NCBI GenBank assembly: GCA_945870225.1
Contig: CAMBRF010000013.1
Location: forward strand, 13,469 to 77,468
Length of the DNA stretch: 64,000 nt
Direction: 5' to 3'
DNA from: PVC group bacterium
GTDB lineage: Bacteria > Verrucomicrobiota > Kiritimatiellia > CAIKKV01 > CAITUY01
The notes under the pieces are model-generated. The model made no database searches, was not told the DNA's origin, and was given only the letters and a program-made list of their open reading frames with translations. Below are positions 18,937-29,784 of the stretch, in pieces (position 1 is the first letter of the stretch; each line of letters starts with the position of its first letter). The position numbers and the translations under genes are program-made.

Positions 18937-20078
18937 GTTTCCGAACGCTCCTCCCGGAAGACCAGAGACAGGGCACGCGTCATGCCGGCGCGCCAGGCCT
19001 CCAGCGAAAAATGATCAAGGTAGATGCGTCGTCCCTCCTCGCCCATGCGGCCTCTCAATTCCGGATCGCGCAGCAGCCGTCCGAGCTTTTCCGCCAAGGC
19101 CGGCGCATCCTGAATGGGAACCAGCCAGCCGCTTTCCCCATCGCGCACCACAGAGGGAATCCCGCGCCAGCGCGTACTGACCACGGGCAGGGCGAACATC
19201 ATCGCCTCCAGATTGACCAGGCCGAAGGATTCCGCCTCGAAATACGATGGCAGACAAAAGACATCAGCGCGCGCATAAGCGCGCCATTTGTCGTCCCCCG
19301 TCAGCACACCCGGGAACGCCATACACGCGGCCAACGACTCCGCCCTCAACGTCTCACGCACCTCGGCCTCGAAAACAGGCGACTCAAAACAGCCCACACA
19401 GTCCAGGGTGAACTCCTGCCCTGCCGCCTTCAGCAACCGCACCGCCTCCATCAAGACCCGCACTCCCTTGGACTCATAGAGGGCCCCGACAAACAGGATG
19501 CGGGGCACATGGCCCCCGGCACGTTCCGACCGGACCTGGGCTTGAAAGCGGGGAAATTCATCCGGCAGCCCGCAGGGCACCGTCACCACCACCCCCGCCC
19601 TCAGAAAAGCCCCATCCGGGGGATTGGCGTCACTGGTTTGAATGGCCACGTCGGGATGGAAGTAGGCCTGCCGGAACAGCCAGCGCTCGGGCGCATTCAG
19701 GCGGGCATAGATCTGGGAAAGGCCGCTCGCGTGGAAGTGAAATACCGTTTGGCGGAAGGCCCAGCGCGTCAGCCCCAGGATCACGAAATCGCGATAGACC
19801 GGCACGCGGTGGGCCCCGGCGGGGGGATAGTACAGCACCCGGGCCCGCTGTCGCAGGCGCGCCAGAAGAATCTGGAACACCACCTGCCCCAGATGCAGAA
19901 GCTTGCGCCAGCGGAGCTTGCCGATGGCATCCATGTTCCCGGAAAAGGCCAGGCGCACATGCGTCAACGCGACCCCTGCCGGGGGATGCTCCAGCAGCTG
20001 CCTGATCATCACGGCCTGTCCGCCCCACGGGGGCGGCGTCTGCCCCACCACCAGAATACGCCGTGTCTTGTGATCCAT
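18933..20078 (-). CDS. GT4-family glycosyltransferase
   Basis: Start trimmed to MDHKTRRILVVGQ. C-terminal EX7E-type block FEAESFGLVNLEAMMFALPVVST. Confidence 0.8.
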   Translation of the reverse strand: MDHKTRRILVVGQTPPPWGGQAVMIRQLLEHPPAGVALTHVRLAFSGNMDAIGKLRWRKLLHLGQVVFQILLARLRQRARVLYYPPAGAHRVPVYRDFVILGLTRWAFRQTVFHFHASGLSQIYARLNAPERWLFRQAYFHPDVAIQTSDANPPDGAFLRAGVVVTVPCGLPDEFPRFQAQVRSERAGGHVPRILFVGALYESKGVRVLMEAVRLLKAAGQEFTLDCVGCFESPVFEAEVRETLRAESLAACMAFPGVLTGDDKWRAYARADVFCLPSYFEAESFGLVNLEAMMFALPVVSTRWRGIPSVVRDGESGWLVPIQDAPALAEKLGRLLRDPELRGRMGEEGRRIYLDHFSLEAWRAGMTRALSLVFREERSET

Positions 20079-20115
20079 CCCGCCTATACCCTTTGTCCCG
20101 CCGACCCCGCCGCTC

Positions 20116-20937
20116 TCACTTGGGCCATCGAAAACTGGCCCGGCTGGCCACCCGCCCCACACGGGAGCCCTCTGCTCCAAACAGAGCGTACTCCAGCGGC
20201 CACGACTGCCCGTAGGCGCCCGCATACATTTTTTCAGCCCATCGCACACCATTCAGAAAGGGCCGCAGAACGCGCACCCAGGCGGGCATGCGCCGTTGCA
20301 GCGCCTGCACCTCCTGCCCGGCCTGCGCCGAGGTGCCCAAGTTCTGACCCGTCAAGGCGAAGGCCCCCAGATAGTAGCGGATGTGCCGGGCCTGTGCCCC
20401 GGCCCGCAGAGCACGAATGACGAAGTCCGCATCCCCGCACGTTTTCAGGGATGGGTCAAATCCACCAAGGGTGGACGCCACACCCATCCGAAAAAACAGT
20501 GCGCAGGAAAGTACGTACAGATGCGAGGAGGCCACGAGCCACCACCGCAACGGGTAGCCCTTCCGAAAAGCCACCAACGTGCCGTCCGGACGCACGAGCA
20601 GCGCGTCGCCAAACACCAGACTGTCGTCGGGATGCGCGCTCATCCACACCACCACTCGCGCCAGAGCTCCGGGCAGGTACTGCTCATCGCAGTTCAGGTA
20701 GGCCGCAACATCGCCCCGGGCCATGGCCAGCCCCTTGTTGATCGCGTCATACATGCCGCGATCAGGTTCGCTGATCCATCGCAATCTCGTCTGCCGACCC
20801 AGCCAGGCGACGGTGCCATCCGTCGATCCGCCATCGACAACAATGTGCTCATGCTCAACCTGTTGATCAGCCACGGAGGCGCAGCACCGCTTGAGGTAGC
20901 CCAGCTGGTTATAACTCGGGGTGATAATCGAAATCAT
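20116..20937 (-). CDS. GT2-family glycosyltransferase
   Basis: MISIITPSYNQ ... VDGGSTDGT, the typical GT2 N-terminus. Confidence 0.8.
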   Translation of the reverse strand: MISIITPSYNQLGYLKRCCASVADQQVEHEHIVVDGGSTDGTVAWLGRQTRLRWISEPDRGMYDAINKGLAMARGDVAAYLNCDEQYLPGALARVVVWMSAHPDDSLVFGDALLVRPDGTLVAFRKGYPLRWWLVASSHLYVLSCALFFRMGVASTLGGFDPSLKTCGDADFVIRALRAGAQARHIRYYLGAFALTGQNLGTSAQAGQEVQALQRRMPAWVRVLRPFLNGVRWAEKMYAGAYGQSWPLEYALFGAEGSRVGRVASRASFRWPK

Positions 20938-22412
20938 GGCGTTTCCCGGGAGGCCGCCAACTCGACCTCCGCCTCACGCGCCGCCACCCACACGCGCAAC
21001 CCGCGCATGGCCCCCAGGAGCATGCAGATGTGGTAGAAATCCCGCCCGCCTCCATTCATGAGCATCTGACCGCTTTCTGCCACGAAAAACCCGAGCAGGG
21101 CGGCGGCGATCATCCGGAAGTCAGGATCGCTGATCCCCGGTGCAAATCGGATGAATTTGACCAACGAGATCAGGTACGCGATCACAAACAACGCCGCCAG
21201 CGGCAGACCGCAAAACACAGCCAGCTCCAGAACCACGTTGTGGTAAATCCCCGAGAGGGCCAGTTGCGCCAGCAGCGTTTCCTGCGCCCCGCTCGCGTAG
21301 GACTGCATGATCAACTCTTCCCGAGTGAAGGTAAAGCCCGCGCCCGCCAAGGGTCGTTCGCGGATGCGAGCCCAGGCCATCTGGTTCAGAGCCGCCCGAA
21401 AATCCGACCCCCACCCGAATTCCGCCGAGGATTTGAACTCGTTCGAAAATTCAGCGGCCCTGGTCTCCGATACCGGCATGATCGTGGACAGGGAACGGCT
21501 CACCACAAAGGGCACCGAGTCCGATCCGGCGATGAACCAGAGCAGCACAACCAACCCCAGCCCGGCCAGCACCACCGTCCCCAGCCGTCGCAGTCTCCCG
21601 TGGACATAGGCCACCGCCATCACGATGCCCACCGCAAAAACGGGCCGGGACCGGAACGGTGAGACCACGCTCAGGATCATTGTCCCCAATATGACCAGGT
21701 AAGGCAGAATTTGCGGCCCCCGTGTTGGGTCGGACCGATTGGCCCGGCCCAGGGCCCATGAAAGGACCATGGCGCACAGGAACCAGAGTTGCAGCCCGAA
21801 CGCACTCCGAACCGCCACCGCCCAACCATACTCCCTTCCGGCGATCACCCCTTGGGCCAGGGCCACGAGCGTCAGCATGGCCAGCATCAGCCTGAACGTC
21901 GAGCGCACCGCCCAGCCGCCCATGCCGGTCAGGCGGGCCATCATGAAATAGCACAGGACCCCCAGCCCTATATAGAAGGCTTCGGCCAAGCCTCCGGATT
22001 CTCCCATGCGGGCCGATCCCGGATGGTCGTAGAGGATCCGGACTAGGATCACCACGGCCACCACGGCCATCAAACGATCTTCTATCGATACCAGAATCGA
22101 GTACTTCCTGGAGACGAAGGCAAAGCGAAGAAAAACCATAACCACCAGCAACCCAGAGATCACCATTCCGAATTCGATGCGATAAAGCAACTGCAGCGGA
22201 ATGGAGAAGGTCAAGCCAATCCCCCCCAGCCCCAGCCCAACCCAAAACGGCGAGGCCGCCAGCATCGCCACCATCAGGTGCGGGGTCAGCATCACGGCCG
22301 CCCCTAGGATCGAGGAAACCGAGACCCCATCGACCAGCAGGCGATAACCGGCCATAAAGGCCAACCCCAGCATCACGCAGGCTAATATGAATATTTCGAG
22401 TCTCGGCTTCAT
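20934..22412 (-). CDS. Wzy-like polysaccharide polymerase/O-antigen-ligase-family membrane protein
   Basis: Start trimmed to MKPRLEIFIL (ATGA overlap). Highly hydrophobic polytopic protein. PLAGAGFTF ... IYHNVVLELAVFCGLP resembles the Wzy_C signature. Confidence 0.6.
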   Translation of the reverse strand: MKPRLEIFILACVMLGLAFMAGYRLLVDGVSVSSILGAAVMLTPHLMVAMLAASPFWVGLGLGGIGLTFSIPLQLLYRIEFGMVISGLLVVMVFLRFAFVSRKYSILVSIEDRLMAVVAVVILVRILYDHPGSARMGESGGLAEAFYIGLGVLCYFMMARLTGMGGWAVRSTFRLMLAMLTLVALAQGVIAGREYGWAVAVRSAFGLQLWFLCAMVLSWALGRANRSDPTRGPQILPYLVILGTMILSVVSPFRSRPVFAVGIVMAVAYVHGRLRRLGTVVLAGLGLVVLLWFIAGSDSVPFVVSRSLSTIMPVSETRAAEFSNEFKSSAEFGWGSDFRAALNQMAWARIRERPLAGAGFTFTREELIMQSYASGAQETLLAQLALSGIYHNVVLELAVFCGLPLAALFVIAYLISLVKFIRFAPGISDPDFRMIAAALLGFFVAESGQMLMNGGGRDFYHICMLLGAMRGLRVWVAAREAEVELAASRETP

Positions 22413-23614
22413 GTCGGATCTCTTTTCACGCAGGCTTTCGCGTAGGCATGGGTCAAAGCGTCGAGCACGATATCCTCCGAGGCCTCCCCGGCCAGCCACT
22501 TATGGGCCACATGACAGCGGGAAAGCTGAGGCAGCCGGCACGCTTCCACAATTCGTTCCGCCATATTCCGGGGATTGCGCCCGTCACACATAAGACCCCG
22601 GCCCGATCCACAGAGCCACAAGCTCCCGCCCGCCTCCCGGCAGGCCACCACCGGCACCCGCATGGCCATGGCCTCGGCCACCGGCCCCGGCATGGCTTCT
22701 TCATGGGAGGGATGAAACAAAACGTCGGCCCCTGCTATTTCCCTGAGTACCTCTTCATGAGCCACCAGTCCCTTGAAGGTTACGCCCTTCGCGTAATCAT
22801 GCCTCTTCGCCCAATCCGCAGCCGGACCGTCCGGCTCCAACCCCGGGCCCAGCAACGTATACTGGAGGTCCATCCCCTGTTCAACACACATCTGCCGGGC
22901 TTGGCTGAACGCACGCAAAGCACCCCGGGCATTTTTCAGCTCAGACCAGTTTATGGCGCTAACCATGCGGACCTTCCCTGTTTTCGGACCCGCCCCGCGC
23001 CGACCGGCGGCCCCGTTGGTCGACCCCAGTTCCCAGGCCATCCTCGGCACCAGGTTGGGAATCACCGGCACGCCTCGGCGCAGGATCCCCTCCAGATACT
23101 CGCCCACATAGGGCGATACGGCGGTCAGATGTCGGGATCGCCGAAGGACATGTCGCGTAATCAGATACAAGACCCCGTATTGCCACCCCAGCCAACACAG
23201 GCAATGAGAGGCATGGTCATGCACCGTCAGGATATAGGGATACCGGGATTGCCGGGCCGCCGTGAGTCCATACTCATAAGTCCAATTGACATGAAGCAGG
23301 TCGGGTTCGGCCTCGGCCACTGCCTGCATCAACAGGTGCCGCTCGCGGGCGAACAGATCGCGAAGTGCCCTCGCTTCCCGCCGCCGCACAACCCAGATTC
23401 GAAGCAGAGGCCCTTCCAACCGCACCATGTCTTCCCTGAGGTTGGGGTCCAGAGTAACGACATCTGTTTTCCACCCGCGTCGCAAACGCGCCTCGATCAG
23501 CGAATTGATGCAATACCCGCCCATCCCCTCAGGGGGGGGCTTCAGCGGATCCCCGGGGGATAGGTGGCCTAACAGCCCCGGTACATGCACAGGGGCCAGC
23601 AGGACGACTCTCAT
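22409..23614 (-). CDS. GT4-family glycosyltransferase
   Basis: 401 aa. HPSHEEAMPGPVAEAMAMRVPVVA block. 4-nt overlaps on both sides. Confidence 0.75.
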   Translation of the reverse strand: MRVVLLAPVHVPGLLGHLSPGDPLKPPPEGMGGYCINSLIEARLRRGWKTDVVTLDPNLREDMVRLEGPLLRIWVVRRREARALRDLFARERHLLMQAVAEAEPDLLHVNWTYEYGLTAARQSRYPYILTVHDHASHCLCWLGWQYGVLYLITRHVLRRSRHLTAVSPYVGEYLEGILRRGVPVIPNLVPRMAWELGSTNGAAGRRGAGPKTGKVRMVSAINWSELKNARGALRAFSQARQMCVEQGMDLQYTLLGPGLEPDGPAADWAKRHDYAKGVTFKGLVAHEEVLREIAGADVLFHPSHEEAMPGPVAEAMAMRVPVVACREAGGSLWLCGSGRGLMCDGRNPRNMAERIVEACRLPQLSRCHVAHKWLAGEASEDIVLDALTHAYAKACVKRDPT

Positions 23615-24789
23615 GACAGCCCCCCCTTCATAATAAGCCCGGATCGCGACTCAATCAGACGCCGATATGTCTCCACCATGGCCTGTAGGAAAGCCGGAGC
23701 GTCGAAGCGCCGAAGGGCCTCACGGTGTTGTTCCTCCGCCAGTCGAGCCAGGTCGCCCGAATGACGCATCCGTCCCAAAATATCCCGAGCCACAAAAGAG
23801 GCGGGTGCCTGCGCTTCATACAGACAGGTGTTCTCCACTCTGCCTAGAATTTCGGGAATACCGCCGACCCTGCGGGCCAGAACCGGCACTCCGGCGGCGA
23901 TGGCTTCAATCACCACCAACCCGAACGTCTCGCGTTGCGGAAAATGAATGAAGAGACGGGCATTTTTCATGACAGCGGCCAGATCCGGGCGATGTCCCAA
24001 AAGACGGATATTGGTCAGTTTGCGCGCCGCGATCGCCGCCTCCAACTCACACCGCAGGGGACCATCTCCCGCATGCAGCATCAACAGATCATCGCATGCG
24101 GCCAGCGCGGCAGCGAGGTCCAGCAAAAACCAGGGATCCTTCCGCGACTCCAGGGTACCGGCGCTGAGAATCAGCTTGCGGTTGAGCCCCAGCACGCGCA
24201 GATCGTCTGCCGGGCGTGACGCACCAATGGCGCGGAAGTCGCAGGCATTGGGAATAACGTTAACCTTGCTGTCGGTCGTCAGCCACCGCTGAAGGCCCTC
24301 GGCCGCATGACGGGAGGGGGCAACATAATGCCGGATGCCCGCGAACTGCCGGGCAAGCCGCCGCCGCAACCATCGCGAAGGCCTGCCCGACAAGCGGTTA
24401 CGATCCAGAATTTCATCCACCGGATCCTCGTTGAAATGCGCAGTGACCAGCACAGGGCAGTCGTGCCGCAGCGCCGCCGCCGTCGCCGTGCCGCTGCCTA
24501 CATCCTGGGCATGGACAAGGTCCGGCACCCAATCAAGCGCTCGAACGGCGGCGCGGATCCGCCACCAGTTCTTAAGCTCAGTAGCAACGAGATCGGCGTA
24601 CCCGCCCCCGAGCCCCCCCAGGCGCCGACATCCCCCCGTGAGCCATTGGACGGCATACGGGGCGCACAAGGGGGTGATCAAACGGACCTCATGCCCATCG
24701 GCCGCCAGACCCTCCCGGAGCAGTTGGTAATAGGTGCGTACGCCGCAGGGGGCATCGGGCTCCATATAGGATACCAGCAATATTTTCAT
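23611..24789 (-). CDS. GT4-family glycosyltransferase
   Basis: Start trimmed to MKILLVSYMEPD (ATGA overlap). QRETFGLVVIEAIAAGVPVLA block. Confidence 0.8.
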   Translation of the reverse strand: MKILLVSYMEPDAPCGVRTYYQLLREGLAADGHEVRLITPLCAPYAVQWLTGGCRRLGGLGGGYADLVATELKNWWRIRAAVRALDWVPDLVHAQDVGSGTATAAALRHDCPVLVTAHFNEDPVDEILDRNRLSGRPSRWLRRRLARQFAGIRHYVAPSRHAAEGLQRWLTTDSKVNVIPNACDFRAIGASRPADDLRVLGLNRKLILSAGTLESRKDPWFLLDLAAALAACDDLLMLHAGDGPLRCELEAAIAARKLTNIRLLGHRPDLAAVMKNARLFIHFPQRETFGLVVIEAIAAGVPVLARRVGGIPEILGRVENTCLYEAQAPASFVARDILGRMRHSGDLARLAEEQHREALRRFDAPAFLQAMVETYRRLIESRSGLIMKGGLS

Positions 24790-25667
24790 TTCGCGACGGG
24801 TCTCCGGCCCAGAAGGATGGACCCCAGCCCGCGAACGAAACCGCGCACGATCACCGCCCAGGGCGCAAGGCGCAGGGCCCGGCGCAAGTTGGCACGCGCG
24901 CGGATGTAGTCCTGTTCCTCCCAATTATCCATCGCCAGGTTACAGTGGATGCCAGCCCGAAGAACCCGCCGACGGGTCTGCTGCAACGCACGCTCCAACG
25001 CCAGATGACCAATCCCCCGCCGATTGGCATGCCGGCCAGAAAGAGACTGAGCGTGAACCCGATAGCGATACAAAATCCGCGGTATATGGAACAAACGACC
25101 CAGATCAGCCAGGCGCAACCAGTAGTAGTAATCCTCCACCAAAAACAGGTCAGCCGGATAGGGGCCTATTTTTTCAGCGATCTCGCGGCGATACAAAAAA
25201 CACCCCCCCACGACGTTGCCTCGGAATCCCAGCCGTGCCGGCCGGGGCCGCCGGGATCGGCGCAAGTCCTGCCCATCCTCGCCCATCAACATCATATCCG
25301 CATAGACCATATCGATCCGAGGACGACAGACCAGTCCACGGGCCATTTCAGCCAAAGCCTCAGGTAAATATTCGTTATCGTCCGAGGTCCACGTGAATAG
25401 CTCCCCGCGCGCCATCTCGAATCCCCGATTCAGGGAGGCCGGAAGTTTCACATTGGCAGAATTGCGCACACTGCGTACCCGCCCGTCCTGCCGGCAATAG
25501 GCGTCAATAATATCGGGCGTACCATCCGTCGAGGCGTCATCGACAATGACCAGCTCCCAGTGGGGATAGGTCTGCCTGAGGCAACTCTCGATGGATGCCG
25601 CCAGATACCGGCTCCCGTTATAGACAGGCAGCACCATGCTGATCAAAGGGTTGCTGCTATCGTTCAT
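24786..25667 (-). CDS. GT2-family glycosyltransferase
   Basis: ISMVLPVYNGSRYL ... IVDDASTDGT. Confidence 0.8.
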   Translation of the reverse strand: MNDSSNPLISMVLPVYNGSRYLAASIESCLRQTYPHWELVIVDDASTDGTPDIIDAYCRQDGRVRSVRNSANVKLPASLNRGFEMARGELFTWTSDDNEYLPEALAEMARGLVCRPRIDMVYADMMLMGEDGQDLRRSRRPRPARLGFRGNVVGGCFLYRREIAEKIGPYPADLFLVEDYYYWLRLADLGRLFHIPRILYRYRVHAQSLSGRHANRRGIGHLALERALQQTRRRVLRAGIHCNLAMDNWEEQDYIRARANLRRALRLAPWAVIVRGFVRGLGSILLGRRPVAK

Positions 25668-26865
25668 GGAATGCCTGCATGCCTGTTTTGATTATCTTCC
25701 GCATCCAAGCCGTACGGGTCCAGAAGGCGCTCACCGACGCCTCGGTTATGCGATGCCTCCAAAAACAGCGGCCCGCACCCAAATGATCCGCAACACTGAA
25801 AACCCGAGGGGGCTTGCTGATCACATCCAAGTATAGCTCTGCCTCTTCTTTGTCGATTCTTACCTTGTCAAACCGACGCGCGGCCAAGGAGGCCCCCTGA
25901 CGCAAGCGGCATTGATAAGGACCGTCCGTGCAGACGTGTGCAATCGCCACGGCCAGAGCGTCGGGTGACTCGTACGCCTTGACCAGATGCGCGCTAACGC
26001 CGTGCTCAAGATATTCATTCATGGGGCTGATGTCCGAGGTCACAATCGGACAACCGCAGGCCGCCGCCTCAATGAAGACGATGCCGAAACCCTCAAAACG
26101 ACTGGGAGTGCAAAAACAATCGCAGGAGTTGTACCACAACGGCAGTTGTGAGTTTGGCACCGAATCCACCCAATGACACCGCGAAGCTACTCCGCATGCC
26201 TGCGCCAAAGCCAAGTAGCGACCATTTTTCCCCTGCCCGATAAAATATCCATGGTACTCCTCAGGTAGCCGCGCCAAAGCCCTGATAAGCGTTTCCTGGT
26301 TTTTTTGAAACTCCAACCGTCCAATATGCAGCACCACCCTGATCTTGTCCCTGTCGGGCAAGCGTAACAACAGCGGCGGTTCACCTCTGACAGGCTGGAA
26401 TGTATCAAGGTTGACTCTGTTGGGCATGATTCGTATTCGTGAAGAATCCACCCCGCACTTCTCGGCGGCCTGCGCCACCACTTTCGACATACAAATAACG
26501 CAATCCGCATATCGTACCGACGAATGCGGCCACACGGGCGGCGCATCATGAACACTGACGACTATGGGCACCCCGGGGAGTTTGCTATAGACGGCAAGAT
26601 CCGCCGCCCAGTACCCCCCGTAGGCACGTACCACTTGCGGCTTGATGGATGCTACGGTTCTCTTGAATCCACGCCAGGTTGTCCCGATAATATGCAGGCC
26701 ATGTGCAAAACGAACTCCATGTTCCAGGGGTGATACAGCATACACTTCCTTAAACAAGTGGTTGGGGTTGTAATAATCGAAAAGATTTTCAAGCCCCTTT
26801 TTCTCATAGGCCGAAAAGGGATTGGTCGGGATTACAACCAAACGGGAACAGGCTTTAGCCGTCAT
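25657..26865 (-). CDS. GT4-family glycosyltransferase
   Basis: 402 aa. SRFEGFGIVFIEAAACGCPIVTS block. Confidence 0.75.
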   Translation of the reverse strand: MTAKACSRLVVIPTNPFSAYEKKGLENLFDYYNPNHLFKEVYAVSPLEHGVRFAHGLHIIGTTWRGFKRTVASIKPQVVRAYGGYWAADLAVYSKLPGVPIVVSVHDAPPVWPHSSVRYADCVICMSKVVAQAAEKCGVDSSRIRIMPNRVNLDTFQPVRGEPPLLLRLPDRDKIRVVLHIGRLEFQKNQETLIRALARLPEEYHGYFIGQGKNGRYLALAQACGVASRCHWVDSVPNSQLPLWYNSCDCFCTPSRFEGFGIVFIEAAACGCPIVTSDISPMNEYLEHGVSAHLVKAYESPDALAVAIAHVCTDGPYQCRLRQGASLAARRFDKVRIDKEEAELYLDVISKPPRVFSVADHLGAGRCFWRHRITEASVSAFWTRTAWMRKIIKTGMQAFHER

Positions 26866-27090
26866 AATAATGACTGATCAGATTGGCGGGTGCGAATTGG
26901 GGGGTGACCCAAGTCTACATTGTATTGCGAAGCCACAGCTCCAGGCGAAGGGTGTTCGCAACAGGATTACAAGGCTCCCCTAGTGAAGGCGCGAACTTTA
27001 TTGAAACAAGAAAGACGCGACGACAAGTCTCCGCCGGCGCGATACGGAAGAACGACCGGAGGACACCGCCGACATGGGCGCGGCAGGAGA

Positions 27091-27807
27091 TCATGGGCGC
27101 CCCTTGAAATAACCCCACGCGGACTGAGAATACCCAGACGAATAGTCCACCTCGACCGGCGGACCGTAGAAGGTGGCAAGGTGTTTTTTGAAACGGCTTT
27201 TACTAAAACTTCGGACATGACAAGGGTCCTGCAGCCAACCGATGGGCACGGAGATCAGGTATCGCGTGCCTGGCATCACATAAGCCTTAAGGTTTTCAAG
27301 CAGCTGTCTTTCCTCGTCCGCGTAAAGGTGTTCGAGGAGTTCACAAGCCAGAAGCGTGTCCACTTTTTCACAGGGCAACTCGAGGCGTTCGAGCGTACTC
27401 CTAACAGGAACGGTCTTCGGTAGATTGTAGGATTTAAGGGCCGCAATGGCTCCCTCGAAGGAATCGACCGCAATCACTTCAGTGACGTCGGGTGAGGCTG
27501 CCAGAAACCTGGTCATGGTTCCTATTCCGCAGCCAAGCTCGAGAACTCTTCCGTGAGCGTGAGCCACAGCGAACGAAAGGCGGGAGAAGTAGTCCGGCGC
27601 TTGACTTTTTGTTTCTTCCCAGCTCCACCGCATCAGCCTCTCATAGGTCTCGACCTGACGAGGCGATAACCACTGGTTTCGCTCGATTATATGCCCCGTC
27701 AATTGATGCCGAAGATTAATTAAAACCGAAGGCCCGAAAGCGTTGCGGGCGCATTTTTTCATTGTCGTTATGAGGGTCATAGTGCGTTCAAAATATTGAT
27801 TATACAC
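27091..27807 (-). CDS. Class I SAM-dependent methyltransferase
   Basis: Motif I VLELGCGIGTMT, and later ACELLEHL. Lies in the lower-GC sub-block. Confidence 0.75.
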   Translation of the reverse strand: MYNQYFERTMTLITTMKKCARNAFGPSVLINLRHQLTGHIIERNQWLSPRQVETYERLMRWSWEETKSQAPDYFSRLSFAVAHAHGRVLELGCGIGTMTRFLAASPDVTEVIAVDSFEGAIAALKSYNLPKTVPVRSTLERLELPCEKVDTLLACELLEHLYADEERQLLENLKAYVMPGTRYLISVPIGWLQDPCHVRSFSKSRFKKHLATFYGPPVEVDYSSGYSQSAWGYFKGRP

Positions 27808-27839
27808 TGCCGTTCAAGGCTCAACCTCAAGTCTGTATT

Positions 27840-28997
27840 TCAGCGGGCTCCCGGAGGGACCGTTTTCTTCAAAAGAATAATCTGCCGGGTTGAAATCATT
27901 CTAAAGAATGGCAAATCACATTCCAGTCCTCGTTCCACGAGCCGCACTAACCACTTGAATACGCTAATATGTGAGGGGAAGACCTTACACGAGGCCTCAA
28001 AAAGGCGCTCTACACTGAATCGCCAGGGAACATGATACGACCACAGCACACCCCTGTGCTTGAGGACATCAAAACCAGCGTGCCGGCACCATTGTTCAAG
28101 AACGGAAAATCGTAATGCCGGATGCGAGGGCAAGGCCGCCGGCCAGTTCAATTCCGGGGCGACATCCCAATAATACCGATGCGGATAGAGGAGTTTCTTG
28201 GCGAGCTTCCTCATATTCCACGGCATGGGAAGATAATACATCCACCCGCTGGGCGTTGACAACGTGCACACGCCATTGGGCTTTAGAACCCGATAGATCT
28301 CGGCGAGATACTTGTGGGGGGTGGCAATGTGTTCAAGCACTTCAGAAGTCACAACCACATCAATGCTATCATCTCGAATGGGCAATTCTGTCCCGGAGGA
28401 CTTTATCAGCACAACGCGGGCGTCTTCAGGCAATTTTGTTTTGGCCTTTGCAAGACTTTCAACCAACGGATCCACTCCGATGCCATGGTCAGCCTCCCCG
28501 GCCAACAAGCTTAGGAGTAAACCATCCCCGCAGCCGACATCCAAACATACCGCGTTGCGGGACAACGGATGCACCCATTTGTAATGGGCCTCCGCAATCG
28601 TCATAAGGCCAAATTCATGACAATATCGCCGAATCGGACCCCAATTCCTCTGAGAGTCCCGCACCGCGTTGATATCATTTCGCATCCGCTCTGCGCTTGC
28701 CCCGTTATCACTGGGCGTGTCCCCGTCCATGACCCAACAGAACCCGTTATAGGCATAGGTCCGCCCACATAAGCGGCAAAACAACCGGCAGTTATCTGCC
28801 GATGGTGTTAACTCGCCTTTGTCTTTCGGGCAGCAAAGTGTTGAGAGGGCCGTCGTCATCATTGGCGCCTGCAGCGGGGCTATGTCCTTTGCCCCGACCA
28901 CCGCGGAGGCAAATTCACCTCTTGCCATGTCCACTCGCTTTGCCTTGGCCTCATTTGCGGCTGAACAGGGATTTGACCACATCATGTCCATGGCCAT
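27840..28997 (-). CDS. SAM-dependent methyltransferase with an N-terminal Trm112-like zinc ribbon
   Basis: CCPKDKGEL...CRLCGRTY followed by motif I CLDVGCGDGLLL and SEVLEHI. The true start is uncertain (Met codons at 28997, 28928, 28862). The longest form overlaps the upstream GT2 by 47 nt. Confidence 0.7.
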   Translation of the reverse strand: MAMDMMWSNPCSAANEAKAKRVDMARGEFASAVVGAKDIAPLQAPMMTTALSTLCCPKDKGELTPSADNCRLFCRLCGRTYAYNGFCWVMDGDTPSDNGASAERMRNDINAVRDSQRNWGPIRRYCHEFGLMTIAEAHYKWVHPLSRNAVCLDVGCGDGLLLSLLAGEADHGIGVDPLVESLAKAKTKLPEDARVVLIKSSGTELPIRDDSIDVVVTSEVLEHIATPHKYLAEIYRVLKPNGVCTLSTPSGWMYYLPMPWNMRKLAKKLLYPHRYYWDVAPELNWPAALPSHPALRFSVLEQWCRHAGFDVLKHRGVLWSYHVPWRFSVERLFEASCKVFPSHISVFKWLVRLVERGLECDLPFFRMISTRQIILLKKTVPPGAR

Positions 28998-29784
28998 AAA
29001 GGATTATCATTATGATTCTCGCGATATTGATCCACAAATACCGATCATTCCAACTGTACCGTAGTTCCCCCAGCAGTACGTTCAGCCGCATATGGGTGAA
29101 GCAATTCCTGACCGTGGTCGACATGGATTCACCATGAAGCCGATACGCATAGAGCGGTGCCTCCCTATTGCTTAAAAGTTCGATGTGGGCGCACCGTGAT
29201 GCCACAATCCAAAATTTATAATCTTCGGCCCCATGAATCGTCTCATCATAACCGCCGTTTCTCGTCCACACACCTGCACGATACAAGAAAGCGGCACCGA
29301 TCGTGCCGTAATAGCAATACCTGCGCGGAATCGTGGGGTTCAAAGGGTCCGCGCCAGCCTTGCGCAGGAAGTCATCCAATGACTTTACCCGCTCGCCGAT
29401 GACGTTACCCGCGTCGTCGATCAAAAGATATCGCCCAACGGCAATATCAATAGAGGGATTCCCCAAAAACTCCCGATAGAGCCGACTAAGCATCCCGGGA
29501 AGCATATAGTTGTCAGCCGAGGTCCAGGTGTGAAATGCCCCCTCGGCTTTTTCAAAGCCGCGGTTCAGCGAGTAGGGCAACTTGCGATTGCGGTCGTTCT
29601 TGATGTATTTATGAATTCCATATTCACGAATCAGGGGATCAATGTCCTGCGTGGCGTCGTCGTTGACCACAATCAGTTCCTTGTTGGGGTAATCCTGCTG
29701 CAGAACGCTTTCAATCGACTTGCGCAGCCAGGCCTCGTGGACATAGCGAACCGGCAAAACGACGGAGATTAACGGCAAGGTCAT
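28951..29784 (-). CDS. GT2-family glycosyltransferase
   Basis: LISVVLPVRYVHEAWL ... LIVVNDDATQD. Confidence 0.75.
   Translation of the reverse strand: MTLPLISVVLPVRYVHEAWLRKSIESVLQQDYPNKELIVVNDDATQDIDPLIREYGIHKYIKNDRNRKLPYSLNRGFEKAEGAFHTWTSADNYMLPGMLSRLYREFLGNPSIDIAVGRYLLIDDAGNVIGERVKSLDDFLRKAGADPLNPTIPRRYCYYGTIGAAFLYRAGVWTRNGGYDETIHGAEDYKFWIVASRCAHIELLSNREAPLYAYRLHGESMSTTVRNCFTHMRLNVLLGELRYSWNDRYLWINIARIIMIILYGHGHDVVKSLFSRK

Noticed and set aside
23532-23539. A G8/C8 homopolymer near the 5' end of a GT4 glycosyltransferase gene (codons KPPP), considered as a phase-variation tract. A G7 tract sits in the GT2 gene near 25202.
   Set aside because: An equally long C8 tract occurs in the housekeeping queE gene (44200-44207). 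Such runs therefore appear to be a by-product of GC-rich Pro/Gly codons here rather than a specific contingency locus. I cannot assess length polymorphism from one sequence.
26866-27090. Small ORFs (26883..27107+, 26915..27118-, 26920..27423+) in the 225-nt gap of the EPS operon.
   Set aside because: They have no SD or motif support and overlap one another and the methyltransferase gene. The translations are basic, low-complexity sequence. More likely this is a non-coding junction of the lower-GC cassette.
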